From the NCBI RefSeq assembly GCF_036971445.1, contig NC_091472.1:52452001-52516000 (forward strand): a stretch of 64,000 bases of DNA, read 5' to 3'. This stretch comes from Narcine bancroftii. Its lineage: Eukaryota. Positions 36,384 to 50,580 of the stretch are shown piece by piece (within the stretch, counting starts at the first letter, position 1; the number at the start of each line of letters is the position of its first letter). Under the pieces are notes generated by a model, which saw nothing but the letters and a program-made list of their open reading frames with translations, made no database searches and was not told the DNA's origin. A program made the position numbers and the translations under genes.

Positions 36384-37150
36384 ATAATCCAATTCATGTT
36401 CAGTCTGAGGTTTCAATTATGGATGGGTCTTTGGAAAGAAGTTGTGTTCTGTCTTTTGCCCCTCAGTTTTACTTATTGGGGTTTTTAGAACAGACTTTTA
36501 CTGCAATGGCCATTGTGCCAAATGCTACTAAAGAGTTTATGTAGACTGATTTTGGCGTCCATGTGCAAAAATGTTGTTCTCTGGATTAAACGTTTAACAG
36601 TGAGGTTCTTGTCTACATACATTGATAAAGATTACTCCTGTCTTCAGAATATGTCTTCATCCTGTGCCCTACCTCTCTTTAGTTCCAATGATATTTCTAT
36701 TCCCTGAATAAAGACTGAGAAATAAGATAGTCTGTCCAAAAATTAGCAAAGCATTCTTGTGGAATGATATGGTGAATGTTACTGTTGCACTACCCTAATG
36801 CCTGACAATGGCTATTTCCATCAATAGGGAAGTCTCATATCATCTTTTTGGCATTTCCTGTTGTTACAGTCATCCTGGTCATAACTACTGACCAGAATCT
36901 AAGCTGAGAGAGGTTTTAAAATGCCTTGGCTGCATGAGTGCATCAAAGGCTGCACATATTATAGGATTACCGAATGCAAACATTTACTAAATGGTTCAGG
37001 TCATGGGTGCATTTGGCACAATGACCATTGCAGTAAAGGTCTGTTCTAATAACCCCAACAAGTAAAACTGAGGGGCTATAGACAGAACACAACTTCTTTC
37101 CAAAGACCCATCCCTTATTGAAACCTCAGACTGAACATGAATTGGATTAT
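36384..37150. repeat. Inverted repeat, 142-bp arms (36384-36525 / 37009-37150)
   Basis: 8 mismatches and no gaps by manual alignment; 483-bp spacer. Confidence 0.92.
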
Positions 37151-37929
37151 TTGGAGAAACATGCAATTTTGGTAAAGGCAGATATGTGATTGGCCAATTG
37201 CTAATTATAGTTATTTTAAAAGAAGGTCAATCATGTTGTGATTCATTGATGAACACTCTCCTTTATGTTGACTGAATGGTGCAAAATTATTTTCAAAATT
37301 AAGAATTTCTTCTGTATACGTGTAGCCAAATGTCAGAGGATAACTAACAATTCCTGATTTTCAAAATGTATAAAAATCTTTCTGACACCAAGTTCCCATT
37401 TAAAAAAAATAATTCCTTAATCTTGGAAAAAAAAATCATGGTTGGAATAAATCAAACAAACTGAAGAAGAACATATCCCAAGTTCTATTAGAGTGTTGAA
37501 GGAATTACAGAAAGATTTATGCTTTTATGCAGGAAGGGCCCGAAGGGGTGGGCAGATGAATAGTTTCTGAGCTGATGAATTCCCATTGGCATTTTACACA
37601 GGCTTTTGTGTAATTCTGAAGCACTGCTTTGAAGCTTTCAAACCATCCTAAATGCTCTTTTTTCACTGTTAGTTGGAAGCCAGAGGTTCCCAAGAGTCTG
37701 TGGAAATGATGCACTTCTTCAAGGAACATTGAGTACGTACTTGCATGCTTTTTTCCATTTGTTTGGAATCTCCTTCAATTATGAACTTAGAGAAGATTGT
37801 ATCAAGGGTTGGGATTAGGTCTGGCCAACAGAGCTAACTTAGAGTCATGAGTCAGAGAAATGAAAGCTGATTGGTTCATCAGCTTAATAGTAAATTTGGA
37901 GGATTTTGCCTGGAAGTGTCTTTTGTAAA

Positions 37930-38200
37930 TTTTCTGGGTCTCAGAAGCATACAGGAGGGTAGAAGCATATACTGTTAACTGGTTGTGTAATGGGTTTGAG
38001 GGCTTGATCTTTAATTAGCCTTTTCCTCAATTGACTAAAGAATATTCTGTGGCATTTTGTTATCAATGTCTGCCCTTGTTGAATGATGGCTTGAGAGATG
38101 TAGGTAATGGTCCATGTTTTCCAGGGACCCTTCATGAACCTCGATATTTGGTGTAGTGCTGTGAGAGGCAGGATGAGCCACTGAACTCCTCAATCTTGGA
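37930..38200 (-). mobile_element. RTE-like LINE fragment, highly decayed
   Basis: FSQLRKRL..DQALKP-type RTE C-terminal remnant. Confidence 0.4.
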
Positions 38201-40879
38201 AGTGAAATTCTTAGTCACAAATCTATAATCTAGAAACAGGAAAATGCACAAGGACATTTCAGAGCTACTATAATCATGGATTCAAGAAAGAGTCTCACTG
38301 TATTAACTTTCCAGTATCATTTCCCCCTATTGTCTACTGCAGGTACAATGAATACAAGCTTCACCACACCGTAACTCCAAGAAATGTTGAGGATCCTTTA
38401 GGGCTGTAGAGAACTCAGATATTGAACTCAGATATTCAAAACTGAAATCAGAAACGTTAGATAAAAGAAAGGATATAGGAATAGAACAGGGAGGTTGTGC
38501 AAGAGGTATAAGATTACCCAAGATCTTATGAAATGAAAAAAAAAACAAGCTTGAGACTGAATGGACTACTTCCTACTCCTTTGTCCTAGCTAAAATGGAT
38601 TAGCTCATCTATTAACAGAAAGAAAAATCATAGATCAATATGTTTAGCCAAAGCAAATCCTAAAATTTGCACGGTGGTTGGATTTGCATTTGAATTTACT
38701 TAGTTCAGGAGAGATTTTGTCATTTCATTTTAAAGCTTTACAATAAAACTTTTATGATTGTTTTTACATAGGCACTAGATGTTCATATTATGAAAGTGAG
38801 GAAGGCTTTATTTAGGTTGCAAGATTTAATAGTTTAGTTCTAGAACATTTCATTAATAAGAGCAATGACCTGCTCTGAAGGACAGGCCATGCTAACATCT
38901 ATGAATAATGCAGACTCTTTAATGTAGTTTTACTTCAAGTGATTAAAAATACTGAAAGTAACAGCAAATGGTCAGATGAATTGTGATATAAATAAATTGT
39001 AGCTATTAAGGAATTTATGAGATTTGTATAAAAATGGGGTACAGTATTGGCCTGTCATTACTATAGGAAATCTATGGTCATTAGTATCTACAAACAAAAA
39101 AATGTTTATATCTTGCAAGGCATATTCATATTTGAGGCTTTTTGATACGGAAAAATAATGATGAATTCAAATTCAGACTCTCATGAAATAGTGATTATTC
39201 TTGTAATATCTTTGGGTCACAATTGCTGAACTCTCAAAAGAATGATTCTCCTTTTATCAATTATTTACAAATTGTGCAAGAGTTAAAATCACTTTATTTT
39301 GTCACATGATACCACGTTGCCTGTAAAGAAAGTACTGCAATCTTTATTTCATATGCTTCAAATTTTAAATTTTATTTTCTAACTTTTGGTAAATATTACA
39401 GATGAAATAGTTTCATTTGTTTGGGTCTATCAATGGATTCTTACTCCTGCAAATTTTAGATTTGCTTTGGTTCTCTTTAGTTCCACTAGAAATTTGTTAT
39501 TTTCAGGGACAGAAAAGAAATGTTGCAACAGAATTTATTTCTGCGATTTTTTTTATCTGGCAGGATCAGCAAGTTGATATAATGATATTCTATATGCCGT
39601 TTAACTATTTCATTGAATATGTTGCACTCTTTTGGTTTTTCATCCATTATTTGCAGTGCAGCTATACAATAGATGATAAATCTCAAGCAGTTAGGTGTTA
39701 ACTATAAGGCAATCCATCTGTAGAGTTTGCAAGTTAACTGCCTAATAATGTTGTGGGGAACTCAACAAGCAACAAAATAAGTCTGGTCGGGGAGGATAAT
39801 AGTTCCTGGACAGAACAATCCATGGTGTTTTTGTTATATATTGAATAGAATTCTTCTTGCTTTTGACTCTAGCATTTAAATGGTTTAAAAAAAATTGTTA
39901 TTTTTCAGCTACATCATCGAGTCATTTGGAACTGTGATGCAGCTAGATCAGCCATGATCTTATTAAATAGTTGTACAGTCTTGACGGTCCGATGGCTTAG
40001 TCCTGGTTCTATGTCTTGTGTTCTATTTTTTTGTTTCTCATGGAAAATGGTCTGGATGTGGCTGGAAGAAATGTCGTTTCATTTTCTTCCAAAATAGAAA
40101 CCTGGGTGCTATGTATGTCCTCAATCTTTGAACAGATAGGGCTTAGAACCCAAAATGGATTAATGTTCTTCAGAGCCAATACATAAGGAGTACAGATGTC
40201 TTGCTTTCACTCCAGTTCTGTGGAGTTCTGAGACTATTATAGGCTCCACAATCTCTGTTGGGGCAGGAGGTGCATGATTAAATAGGTGAGTCACTTGGGA
40301 AATGGTACATTCATCTTAAAATTATGCTGGGCTTCTTGCAAGCTCCTAAAAAGGAACTCTAAAATACCATTGCCAATTGTGGACCAGACACTCCCACACA
40401 TCTGTAGGGATATTACACTATTTTCAAAGTAGATTCGGCAGCATCATTCAATCATTTCTCAAATGACTTGTTCGCCTTTAGTCTGGATAGAGCAGGAAAT
40501 AAGAATCTTGTTTCAGTGGATTAGTGTTCGGTATGTAAATGAAGGTGGCTTCCTATTGGACCCAGCCGAGTGTAACATGTCTTAAGGTTAGAGATGCTAA
40601 TATGTTGATGATGAGCTGCTTATTCTACCAGTGGATTGAGAGTATTTTGTAGAGATGGCATTTGAGATGCCTCTTCAGTCCTTTGAAGTGCCTGCTGTAG
40701 GTAGTCCATATTTCAATGGCCAAAGGAGAGCCCCCACACTGAAGCAATGGTAAATTTTATCATTATCTTATTCTCAAGATATGCTTTCCAGGGTCTCATC
40801 AAGGATCTACATTATTACAGAATGCTCTTATGCAGCAGTAATAAGTTGTTACAGGACCTAAGTTTGTAAACATTGCATG

Positions 40880-41340
40880 TTCTTACATATTTAATTCAAC
40901 AACAAACAAGTTGACAGTATCCTGAAGCTTAGCATCCAAATGTATATTGTAGCTCAATGAGTGAAGTTGATTCTGAAGTAGAGTTATCATTTGCTGAACA
41001 GTTTCCATTTTTTTTTTCTCCAAGAAGCTTGCTGGAAATGAGATGTAATATTGTGGTAAAAAGGATTGAAAAGTGATTGATATTCTTCCTTGCTTGACAC
41101 CAATCTGTGTTGCGATTGGCTCTACTGCATGTTCATTGATCACATTGAGCGTGCCATCATGTGGCTGAAGGCAGCCTAATTTAAGAAAGATGCACCCTTG
41201 CCTCTCAATACCTCGTAAGCAATCAACATAAAACCATATTGTCTGCTTTCAGAATGATATCAGCTGAATGAAGACTGAAATAAGGTGCTCATTTCTTTGT
41301 AGGAGTTTCCATGCCATTGAGCTAGTGATAATCTTCAGCA
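40880..41340 (-). mobile_element. RTE-like LINE RT fragment, highly decayed
   Basis: EPIATQIGVKQG and LQDTVNLF remnants. Confidence 0.45.
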
Positions 41341-43214
41341 TTACAATAACAAGTGGATTGTGATTTCCTTGGGAGTGTTTTAATCATGATTACCCTTCCT
41401 CAAGAAAGTGCATCAGTTGGGCCTACTTGTGGCCATATTTGTTACTGATGCCCTTTGACAGAATCAAATGAAGAATAAATACTCATTCTTATTTAATTTA
41501 AACATTGATGAATATCAATTCTAATTTGTTCCATATTTTTGATCATTAGGAATACCTGGTAAGATGCCTAAGATCGGACAAATGTCATTATATTGGATAC
41601 AAAACGATTGCATTGTAATTTTGTTGTTCTACTGTGTTCTCAGTTTGTACATTACTCATTTTAAACTTTCTTAGAAGTTTGTGGCATTTGAATTTTACTT
41701 AAATCCTTGGTCATAAAATAAAACATCAGGTAATATATTCATCTTTTAAACTTAATTCTTTCTATAATTGAAAGCTTTTATCTTGAATTATTTTATTGAT
41801 GGTTATCAGGTCCACAGACAGGTCAATCAACTGTTGGTATTAATCATGGTTGATTTATGTATGCATTTGCTTCATGGAAGAAATGGCCTGTGGCTACAAC
41901 TTAATTTCCTTTTGAAGGTGGTATCTGGGTTTAACATTGCTTCCAATATTTGTTTTGCCTTTTATTTTCAATATCTTCAAATTTGCATGAGCTACTGGGC
42001 TGCCCTTAGGCTTTTATCAGTCTACCGTTAGCAACTAAGGTTCAATTAATTCCTGTGAGATGTGATAAATGATCCCAAAGGTATCTGATTGATACATTAG
42101 ATCTGATTCTTCTGCTCTGCAGAATTGAAGTTTTAAGTCCTACAAAGGACCTCATTACAAAATAATTCTAATCAACAGCATTAACAAATTGAGTTTATAT
42201 GGCATTTACAATATAGGAAGATATTCCATAGTGTTTCAAAGGAGCAAAATCAGGCTGAGACTGGCGATGGAAATAATCTGAGCAAGCACTAAACCGTCTG
42301 CAAGCCTTAATCCGCAATGTTATATTATATTTGAAATGTTAACAGAGCCATTTCTAACAACTTATTTCTTTGTAATTTTGAACAGTGTAGATTTTGATTT
42401 GCTTTCAATTCTTATTTGTTCACATATTTATTCACTTTTTGTCACGTGGATGTCACTGGCAATGGGACCTCTGGATGAACATTATCTTTGACACTGTCAT
42501 CCTGGTCATTGTTGACGATGGAAATGTTTGGAGTGTCCTCTTTTTTTTTGTTGGTTTTTTTCAATTGTCCCCGCAAGATACGGCAGAATTGCTGAGTTTT
42601 GATGTGACCCAATTATTGTGGGCTTGCTCAACAAAGTCATTTCATGCTATTTTGTTTTGCTGTTTAACTTGCCCTCTATTGATGCTTTGCCAGTTTTCTA
42701 ACTGAGATTTAAGTATGTCATACTCTTGTCTTGTTCTTAATAGTAAAGTGAAGGATATGCATGTTATGAGGTTACAAATTGTGGTGGTGTATATTTCTCC
42801 TAATGCCTCTGATCTGCTGTATACATGGATGCCTAGTTTCAAGCTGCCAGATTCGTTCCGAGTTGATTCCATTCAATGGATTGTTGTGCCACACATTGTG
42901 ACCTGAATCATATCCAGCTCAGCATTGGAGAAATAAAGATCAGGAAATTGAATGTGTGACTCAAAAAAATGGTGTGAGAGAGATGAGTTCAAATCCATGG
43001 GATATTAATAATGGTATTGGAGAAAAAGAGAGCAATCCCACTGGGATAAGCTATACTTGAATCAATCTGGATTTTCTTGCTCTAAATAAGGTTTGAAAAT
43101 GAAATGTTTGTGTGTATGTGTGTTTATGTATGATTGATTGGTTCTAGTGAAGAGAAATTACAAACTTAAAGTATCAGGTAGAAAAATGGATAACCAGACT
43201 CTATCAGAAAAGGA

Positions 43215-44440
43215 CAGTTCATGTTTATTGTCATCTGATTGTACATATACACATGCAACTCAACAAAATCGTATATCCCTGGACCATAGTGCATACACCT
43301 TCAGACACACAGTACACCTGACACACAAACGACTTGTATGTAGCGTGATCCAAACTAATATTTCTAAAAATAATTTACAGTTTTCTAGTATTGTTCAACT
43401 GTCTCACCACCTGCTGGAAGAAGCCTGACAGACCTGGTTTCTGTGCACCTGGCTGGATGGTAATGGTCCTCAGTGATTCCCTGAGCCTTCTTTAAGCAAT
43501 GCTCTCTGGAGATGTTGTTGATAGAGAGAAGAGAGACTGCATTGATCCTCTCACCAGTTTTAATCACCCTCCATACTGTCCACCAAATCAGATGATTTCC
43601 TGCTATCATGCAGCCAGCCAGGACACTCTCTATTGTGCTCCTATAGAACATTGTTAGAATGGTGACTGGTACCCTTGCCCTCCTCATCTCCTGAGAAGTG
43701 TAGGCACAGCTGCACCTTCTTGATTAATCAAGAGATGTTGGAGGTCCAGGATAGGTCATCCTTTAAATGGACACTATAGAATTTATGCTACCCACTCTCT
43801 GTCTGACAAAGTCATTGATATGTAGTAGGGATTTGGCCCTCATCCTCCTAAAGTCCACAATCATTTTTTTTGTCTTATTCATGTTAGACTCAGGTAGTTG
43901 GTCTTGCAGCTCTGCACAAACCCACCAGTCTACTCTCTGTAATCTGACTCCTCATTGTTGCTGATGAGGCCAACTACTGTTGAGTCATCTGCAAAATTAA
44001 TGATTCTGTTTGACCTGAACCTAGTAGTACAATTGTGAGTTTGGAGCTTTAACTGTAGCAGGCTGATCATGCAGTCCTTAGGTACACCAGTGCTCAATGT
44101 GTTAGGCTTGAGGCTTTGCTGCCAACCTAGATAGACTATCGTCTTGGCAGGTTGGTCAGGACAGAATGGAGGATGCAGTCTATTGCATTGTTTGTGGATC
44201 AGTTTGGCTGATATGCACAAAGGAATGGATCTATTGTCACTGGTAGGTGCTCTTTGATGCAGTCCATTACTCATTGCTCAAAGCACTTCATGATCATGGA
44301 GATCAGTGCCACTGATTGGTAGTCATTTAGTCCAGCTACCATCACTCTCTTGGGCACTGAGATGATGATGTCTTCCTTGAAACCTGTAAAGACATTGGAC
44401 TGCTGGAGTGAGATATTGAAGATGTCCATAGGGACCTCAT
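43215..44440 (-). mobile_element. Rex1/Babar-like LINE 3' part
   Basis: STGVPKDC, FADDSTVVGLISNNEESDYR and FYRSTIESVL motifs, plus 3' tail. Confidence 0.8.
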
Positions 44441-44899
44441 ACAAACCTAAGATTATACCTTCAATTAGAGTCCATACAGGGAAAAGGAGCTCTATATCTG
44501 ATTGTACATGACATCCATAATTAATGTAATGTTAAATAGAAATGAACATGTGTTGCCTAATGATCTTGATAGAGATGGTTAGGGTTAGGTATTGAGTACT
44601 CCAGCGCATTTCTCTTTTAGAGGAGATGGAGAACTTGGAAAATAAAGGGACAGGATAGCCCTGATAATAAATAATTGGATAAAGGCAGAAAAAAGTAAGT
44701 ATATTAGCTCAGAAATCTGGCAAGAGAATCAATCTGGATGAAGATAAGAAAAAAACAAGAGGCAGAAGATATTGGTAGGAGTTGTCTCAAAATCTTCGAA
44801 TTGTGGTGATGTAAAGCCTTATATAAATCAGAAAATTAGACCATAAGTTAGAGGAACAGAAATAATCTAGTCAGCCCATTGATTCTGTTCCAGCATTCA

Positions 44900-45580
44900 T
44901 TCCATAGAACACTACAACAAGAAAGCAGGTCACTCGGCCCTCTAGCCTGTGCCCAAACATGATTCTGCTAGTCCCACTGACCTGCACTCATTCCATGACC
45001 CTCCAGACCTCTCCCCTATATATATATTTCCAATTTGTTTCTTAAAACTTAAGAGAGCCAACATTTACCATGTCAGGTGGCAGCTCGTTCCACACTCCCA
45101 CCACTCTCTGAATGAAGAAGTTCTCCCTAATGTTCCCCCTAAACCTTTCCCCTTTCACACTAAAACCATGTCCTCTCATATTTATTTCTCCTAATCTAAG
45201 TGGAAAGAGCCTACCGCATTTACTCTGTCTATAGGCCACATAATTTTGTAAACCTCTATCAAATCTCCCCTCATTCTTTTATGCTCCAATGAATAAAGTC
45301 CTAACTTGTTTAATCTTTCCCTGTAACAACTTCTGAAGACTCATCAACATCCTAGTAAATCTTCTCTACACTCTTTCAAACTTACTTATATCCTTCCTAT
45401 AACTTGGCAACCAGAACTGCACACAATACTCCAAATTTGCCCTCAGCAATGTCTTATACAACCTCACCATAATTTCGCAACTCCTGCACTGAATACTTTG
45501 ATTTATGAAGGCGAAGATGCCAAAAGCTTTTTTTACAATCCTATCTACATTCAGGAAATTATATATTTGTATTCCCAGAT
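44900..45580 (-). mobile_element. CR1 LINE 3' fragment
   Basis: RGHGFSVKGERFRGNIRENFFIQRVVGVWNELP. Confidence 0.85.
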
Positions 45581-47169
45581 CTCAGATTCATTTTACCACT
45601 CAGTCACACTGCCCGGCCTTCTCCCCATAATCTTTGAGTCCTGGCTAATCTGTCATAAATACACCCCATGATTAATATGCTCATGGCTTAGCCAAAGTGC
45701 ATAGAACAAAGATATTACAACTTTCTTGAGGTATTTGCATGTACATATGGAATGGACAAACCAAATGAGTAGAAATATAAAGGATAAAACTTAATTGAAT
45801 ATGTGGAATTGCCATCAAAGGGACAGATTATTTTTGATCACCAGATCTCGCATGATTCTTGGAGAGGACTAGAGAGTCAACTGTGGTGATTGGGAGTTGG
45901 TTACTCTCCTAACCACTACAGACCTTTGGATGTTGAAGGTCCCACCTTGAGCTAGATGTACAAAATGGATGTGTCCCACTAGGTCATGAGTTGATAATAA
46001 AATATAAGTAATACAAAAGAATCCAAGTTTCTTTATCACATTGGAAGAAATATTATATGGTAGCAGGAGTGGGTATCAGTGGATATCAGCAAGAGGCATG
46101 GAAAGTGTGAAGCTGGCTGACGCTGTGAATTGGACTGGGAATGTCGACTATGACTGGCGGTTGTTCAAACCACAATTCATGCTATATCTGCAAGCCATTG
46201 GACTCGATATCAAACCGGATTCAGGGAACATACAAGTACCAGAGGCTTTCAACATGTTCCTTTTCACTGAGGAAGATGAACAGGGCAAGTTTGACAAGGT
46301 TATTGAGACATTTGATGGACACTGCTCACCAAAGAAAAATGAAATGTTCAAGAGGTACATGTTTCACTCAAGCACACAACTGTGGGTAGAGAGCTTTGAT
46401 TTTTTTTTAACAGACTTGAAATTAAAAGCAAGAATATGCAATTTTGAATTGCTGCAAGATTCAATGATCTGTGACCAAATTGTGTTCGGAATTATTGACA
46501 AGTAAGTGAGAGAGATGTTTCTATGAGAGACACAGCTTACTTTAGCAGAGGCCGTGAATATATGCCACACCAGTGAATTAGTTCTGGAGTACACAATAAA
46601 GTTCAGTGAGAGTGCAAGGGCCGGTGAAAATGAAGGCACAGCCCCACCGTGTCTGGACGCACACACAAACAGAGAATAGGAAACATCAAAAAGATGGAGA
46701 GGCATTCAATTGCAAACTCAACATGCACCAAAACAATGTCCAGCCTATGGAAAAGTCTGTAACAAGCATGAAGGACAGAATCACTATGCAAAGCAATGTC
46801 TTTCCAAAGGGAAACAAAACAAAAGTGAGAATGTGCACACTGCAGAGGAAACTGCCCCGAGTGATACATTCTTCGTGGACATGATCATGCAGGAAGGTTT
46901 CAAACCAACAAACACTGAACAATCAAGCCTGAAAAGAGTTGATGGTGCCATTTCATGCAAACGAAGTGTATATTCGTTTCAAGTGAACCCAGGAGCAAAG
47001 ACAAATTTAATCTGTGAGTGCAACATCAGTGCAATAAAGATAAAGCCAAATCCATCCAAATTCTTTTCAGCTCAAGACCTACAATTCACAGCACATTGAC
47101 ACGAAAGGCACATGTAGACTCAGGTAAAGTTAAAAGTTCATGTTTGTTGTAGTCCCAGATGGACATGGC

Positions 47170-50100
47170 TGTGATGATATGCTGTGGTACATCACTCGGC
47201 CAACAGGTGGCCTAGAGACTAGAAATTTTTTTGTGAGTGGAATAAAGCTGTGTTGCCCCTAACAGTATTGTGCCTGTGTTTTCCTTTGGTGCAGCCTGCA
47301 GCAATTTATTCCACTCACATATATATGGCCAGCAGGCAAAGATCGCCCCCGACCTGGGTGATCCCACTCAAGCATGAGGAGGAGATCAAGGAGGGGGGCG
47401 AATCCTTCATGGTTGAGATGTATGCGAGCCGCCCAAGCCCGGTGGAGACTGGATCAGACACGGAGATGAGAGCGAAGACACCGGACCCTCAGTGGACACC
47501 TGCCAGGTAACAGCGGTCCCTGGGGAGTCCCACGTCTGTCAGTGGAGGCAACAGTCCCCAGCCCCAGCGTGATCAGGGTGCCTAGAAATGAATCAATGGC
47601 ATCACCTCTCAATGATGCTATGGCCAGAATCCCTGGAACTAGATCCCCAGGCCCCCGGTGAATGCAGGCACTTCAGCTGCTGGAGACATTGTTTCCTGAA
47701 CTACGCTCACATGACGATGCTGACTGCGCACCCGGAAGACCATTTCATGCTGCTAGTGCCTAGCTCGGAGACCTCCCATATGCGTTAGTCCAGGACTGTG
47801 CCTCATACAGGGAGGCTGTGGATATGCTCCAGTCCTACTATCTCCAAGGAGGAAGCAAAGTACACGCGAGACACCATCTCCTGACCAGAAGACAGCAACC
47901 AGGGGAGTCCTTCCAGGATTTCACGCTCTCAGTAAGACCCCTAGCACGGGCATGCAACTTCCACGCTAGAACCCCACAGCAAATAGCACAGGACCTGATG
48001 AGGGACACGCTGGTGGCGGGGGTCCAGTATAATGAAATCCGCTAGAGGCTGTTAGAACAAAGCACGGTGTCCCTGGAAGAGGCTGTGAGGGTGGCAGAGG
48101 CGATGGAGACAGCTAGAAACAACTTTGGGGAATACCTCCCCGACCACAGCACCAAGCACCCCACTTCAACCCTGCTGGACTCATTGACACTCTGCCAAGA
48201 TCAGGCCGATAATGTGGAGACGACAACGGCTACAGCAACGGCGGCTCAGCCGGATGCGATGCATAGATTCTGGTTCTATGGCCAAAACCATGATGCCCGG
48301 CCAGAGACGTGGACTGCTCAAAATGTAGAAAACAAAGCCATTATGCTCATGTCTGCAGCGACCACCAAGACCCAATCTTATATAAATGGGCAGCAGGATA
48401 GCTCTGCTTCTTCCCCAGGACAGCCAGGATAGAACACCATGTGCGCTCAGAGGGAGCGGCCATCTTGGACCCAGGATACAGAGGAGGAGCACCATGACCA
48501 CGGACACCATGAGGAGACCGAGGAGTGCACTCTGGCTTCCCTCAGGATCAATTAGGTGAGTCTACACAATTTGTCAGAGGCCAGGGTCTCCGTGCAGTTG
48601 AACAGGTTGAAATTTAAATGTCTGTTGGATAGCAGTAGTATGGAGAGTTTCATTGAGCTGAAATTAGCCAAAGTCAACGGGTTCCCCATATACCCCAGCA
48701 ACAGGCAGATTCTCCTAGCGTCCAACCACCACTCAGTGTAAGTAAAGGGGTACTGTGTTTTATTAGAAATAAAAGGAAGGGTGTATAGGGACTTCCGTCT
48801 GCTGGTCCTGGAACAGCTCTGCGCCCTGGTGCTGTTGGGATTAGACTTCTAGTGCCAGCTTGAGAGCCTCACGGTAATCCACAATGGACCACAGCCAAAG
48901 CCTCCATAAGTTCACATGCATACCCTCTCCCCCGGTTTAGCGAGATAGTGAATATGATAGCCTAGCATAAGGTCTTCTCCACCATCAACCTTAAGGCTGC
49001 GTACCACTAGGTGCCCATCAGGAGGAGCGACAGGCCCTATATGGCATTTGAAGCCAATGGTTGACTCTATCAGTTCCTCTGACTCCTGTTCAGAGTCACT
49101 AACAGGGTATGACTGTTCCAGAAGGAAATGGACTGACTGGTGGATGACTACTGCCTGGAGGCTTTTTTCCCATACCTGGACAATGTTACCATCTGCAGGC
49201 ACTCGGTGAGCGACCGCAACACAAACCTAAAGAGATTCCTGGAGGCAGCAAAAGAATGCAACCTGATATACAACAAAGACAAGTGTGTGTTTGGGGCTAG
49301 GAAGCTGGCTTTGTTGGGTTATGTAGTACAGAACGGGGAGGTGGGACCAGATCCGGCTCGCATGCAGGCCCTGATGGACCTACCCATCCCTACTATGCCC
49401 AAATCGCTCAAAAGGTGCCTGGATTTTTTGCCTATTACATACAGTGGATATCCCAGTATGCAGACAGCATATCCACTGATGAGAGCAAAAGAATTCCCTC
49501 TGCCCAGTGAGGCGGTCCAGGCATTTAACAGCCTGCGCGACCACTTTGCACTCATCAACATGAGGGCTGCAGACGAAACACTACCCTTCCAGGTGGAGAC
49601 CGACGCCTCAGATGTAGCCATAGCAGCCACCCTGAACCAAGAGGAACGCCTGGAGGCTTACTTTTCTTGAACGCTGCCAGGCTCAAAAACCATGCCCTCA
49701 GCAGTGGAGAAAGAGGCCCAGGTCATAGTGGAGGCAATAAGGCACTGGAGGTACTACCTGGCAGGCAGCCAATTTACATTGGTCACAGACCAACAGTCTG
49801 TAGCTTTCATGTTTGACAACCAGAACAGGGGGAAAATTAAGAATGATAAAATCTTACATTGGAGGATTGAACTGTCTACTTACTTGGGTGACATCCGATA
49901 CCACCTCGGTAAGTTCAATGAAGCCCCGGACGTGCTGTCCATGGGTGCTTGTATGGCCACTCTTCACATGTCACAGCTGCAGAACATCCACAGTGAGCTG
50001 GGGCTCCCTGGAGTGACCAGGATGTTCCACTTCATTAAGAATGTCAACCTGCCATTCTCGGCAGAAGAGGTAAGGATTACAAGGGGCTGTTGTATATGTG

Positions 50101-50580
50101 CAGAGTGCAAACCACAGTTCTACCGCCTGCCTGAGGCAGCCCTTATCAAATCCACCCGGCCATTAGAGCATTTCAGCATCGATTTTAAAGGCCATGTCCC
50201 ATCCACCAATAACAAATAACAACTGTTACTTCCTCACCATGATAGATGAGTTCTCCCGGTTCCCCTTCACCATCCCCTGCACAGATGTATCCACAGCAGC
50301 AGTGATTAAGTTCCTGAAACCCATCTTCAGCATGTGTGAATTCTCTAACTATATCCACACAAACAGGGGGGCAGCCTTCATGAGTGCCGAGCTGCAGCAA
50401 TACTTCTGAGAGAGGGGGATTGCTACCACAAGCTACAACCCCCAAGGGAACGGGCAAGTAGAGAGGGAGAATGGTACAATTTCAAAGACGGTCCTTCTGA
50501 TACTAAAGTCAAAGGACGTCCCGGTATCCAGGTGGCAGGAAGTGTTACCCGAGGCGTTACACACGATGCAGCCTGCCACA
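47170..50580 (+). mobile_element. Second Gypsy element nested in the outer protease region, 3' part deleted
   Basis: LTR ~47170-47319. Gag (ARHHLLTRRQQPGES), protease (CLLDSSS), RT (YLDNVTI), RNase H (VETDASDVAIAATL) and integrase (SIDFKG, IDEFSRFPF). Flanks atggc/gtggc; the outer frame VPDGHG|SLLGDKVCE rejoins across it. Confidence 0.88.
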
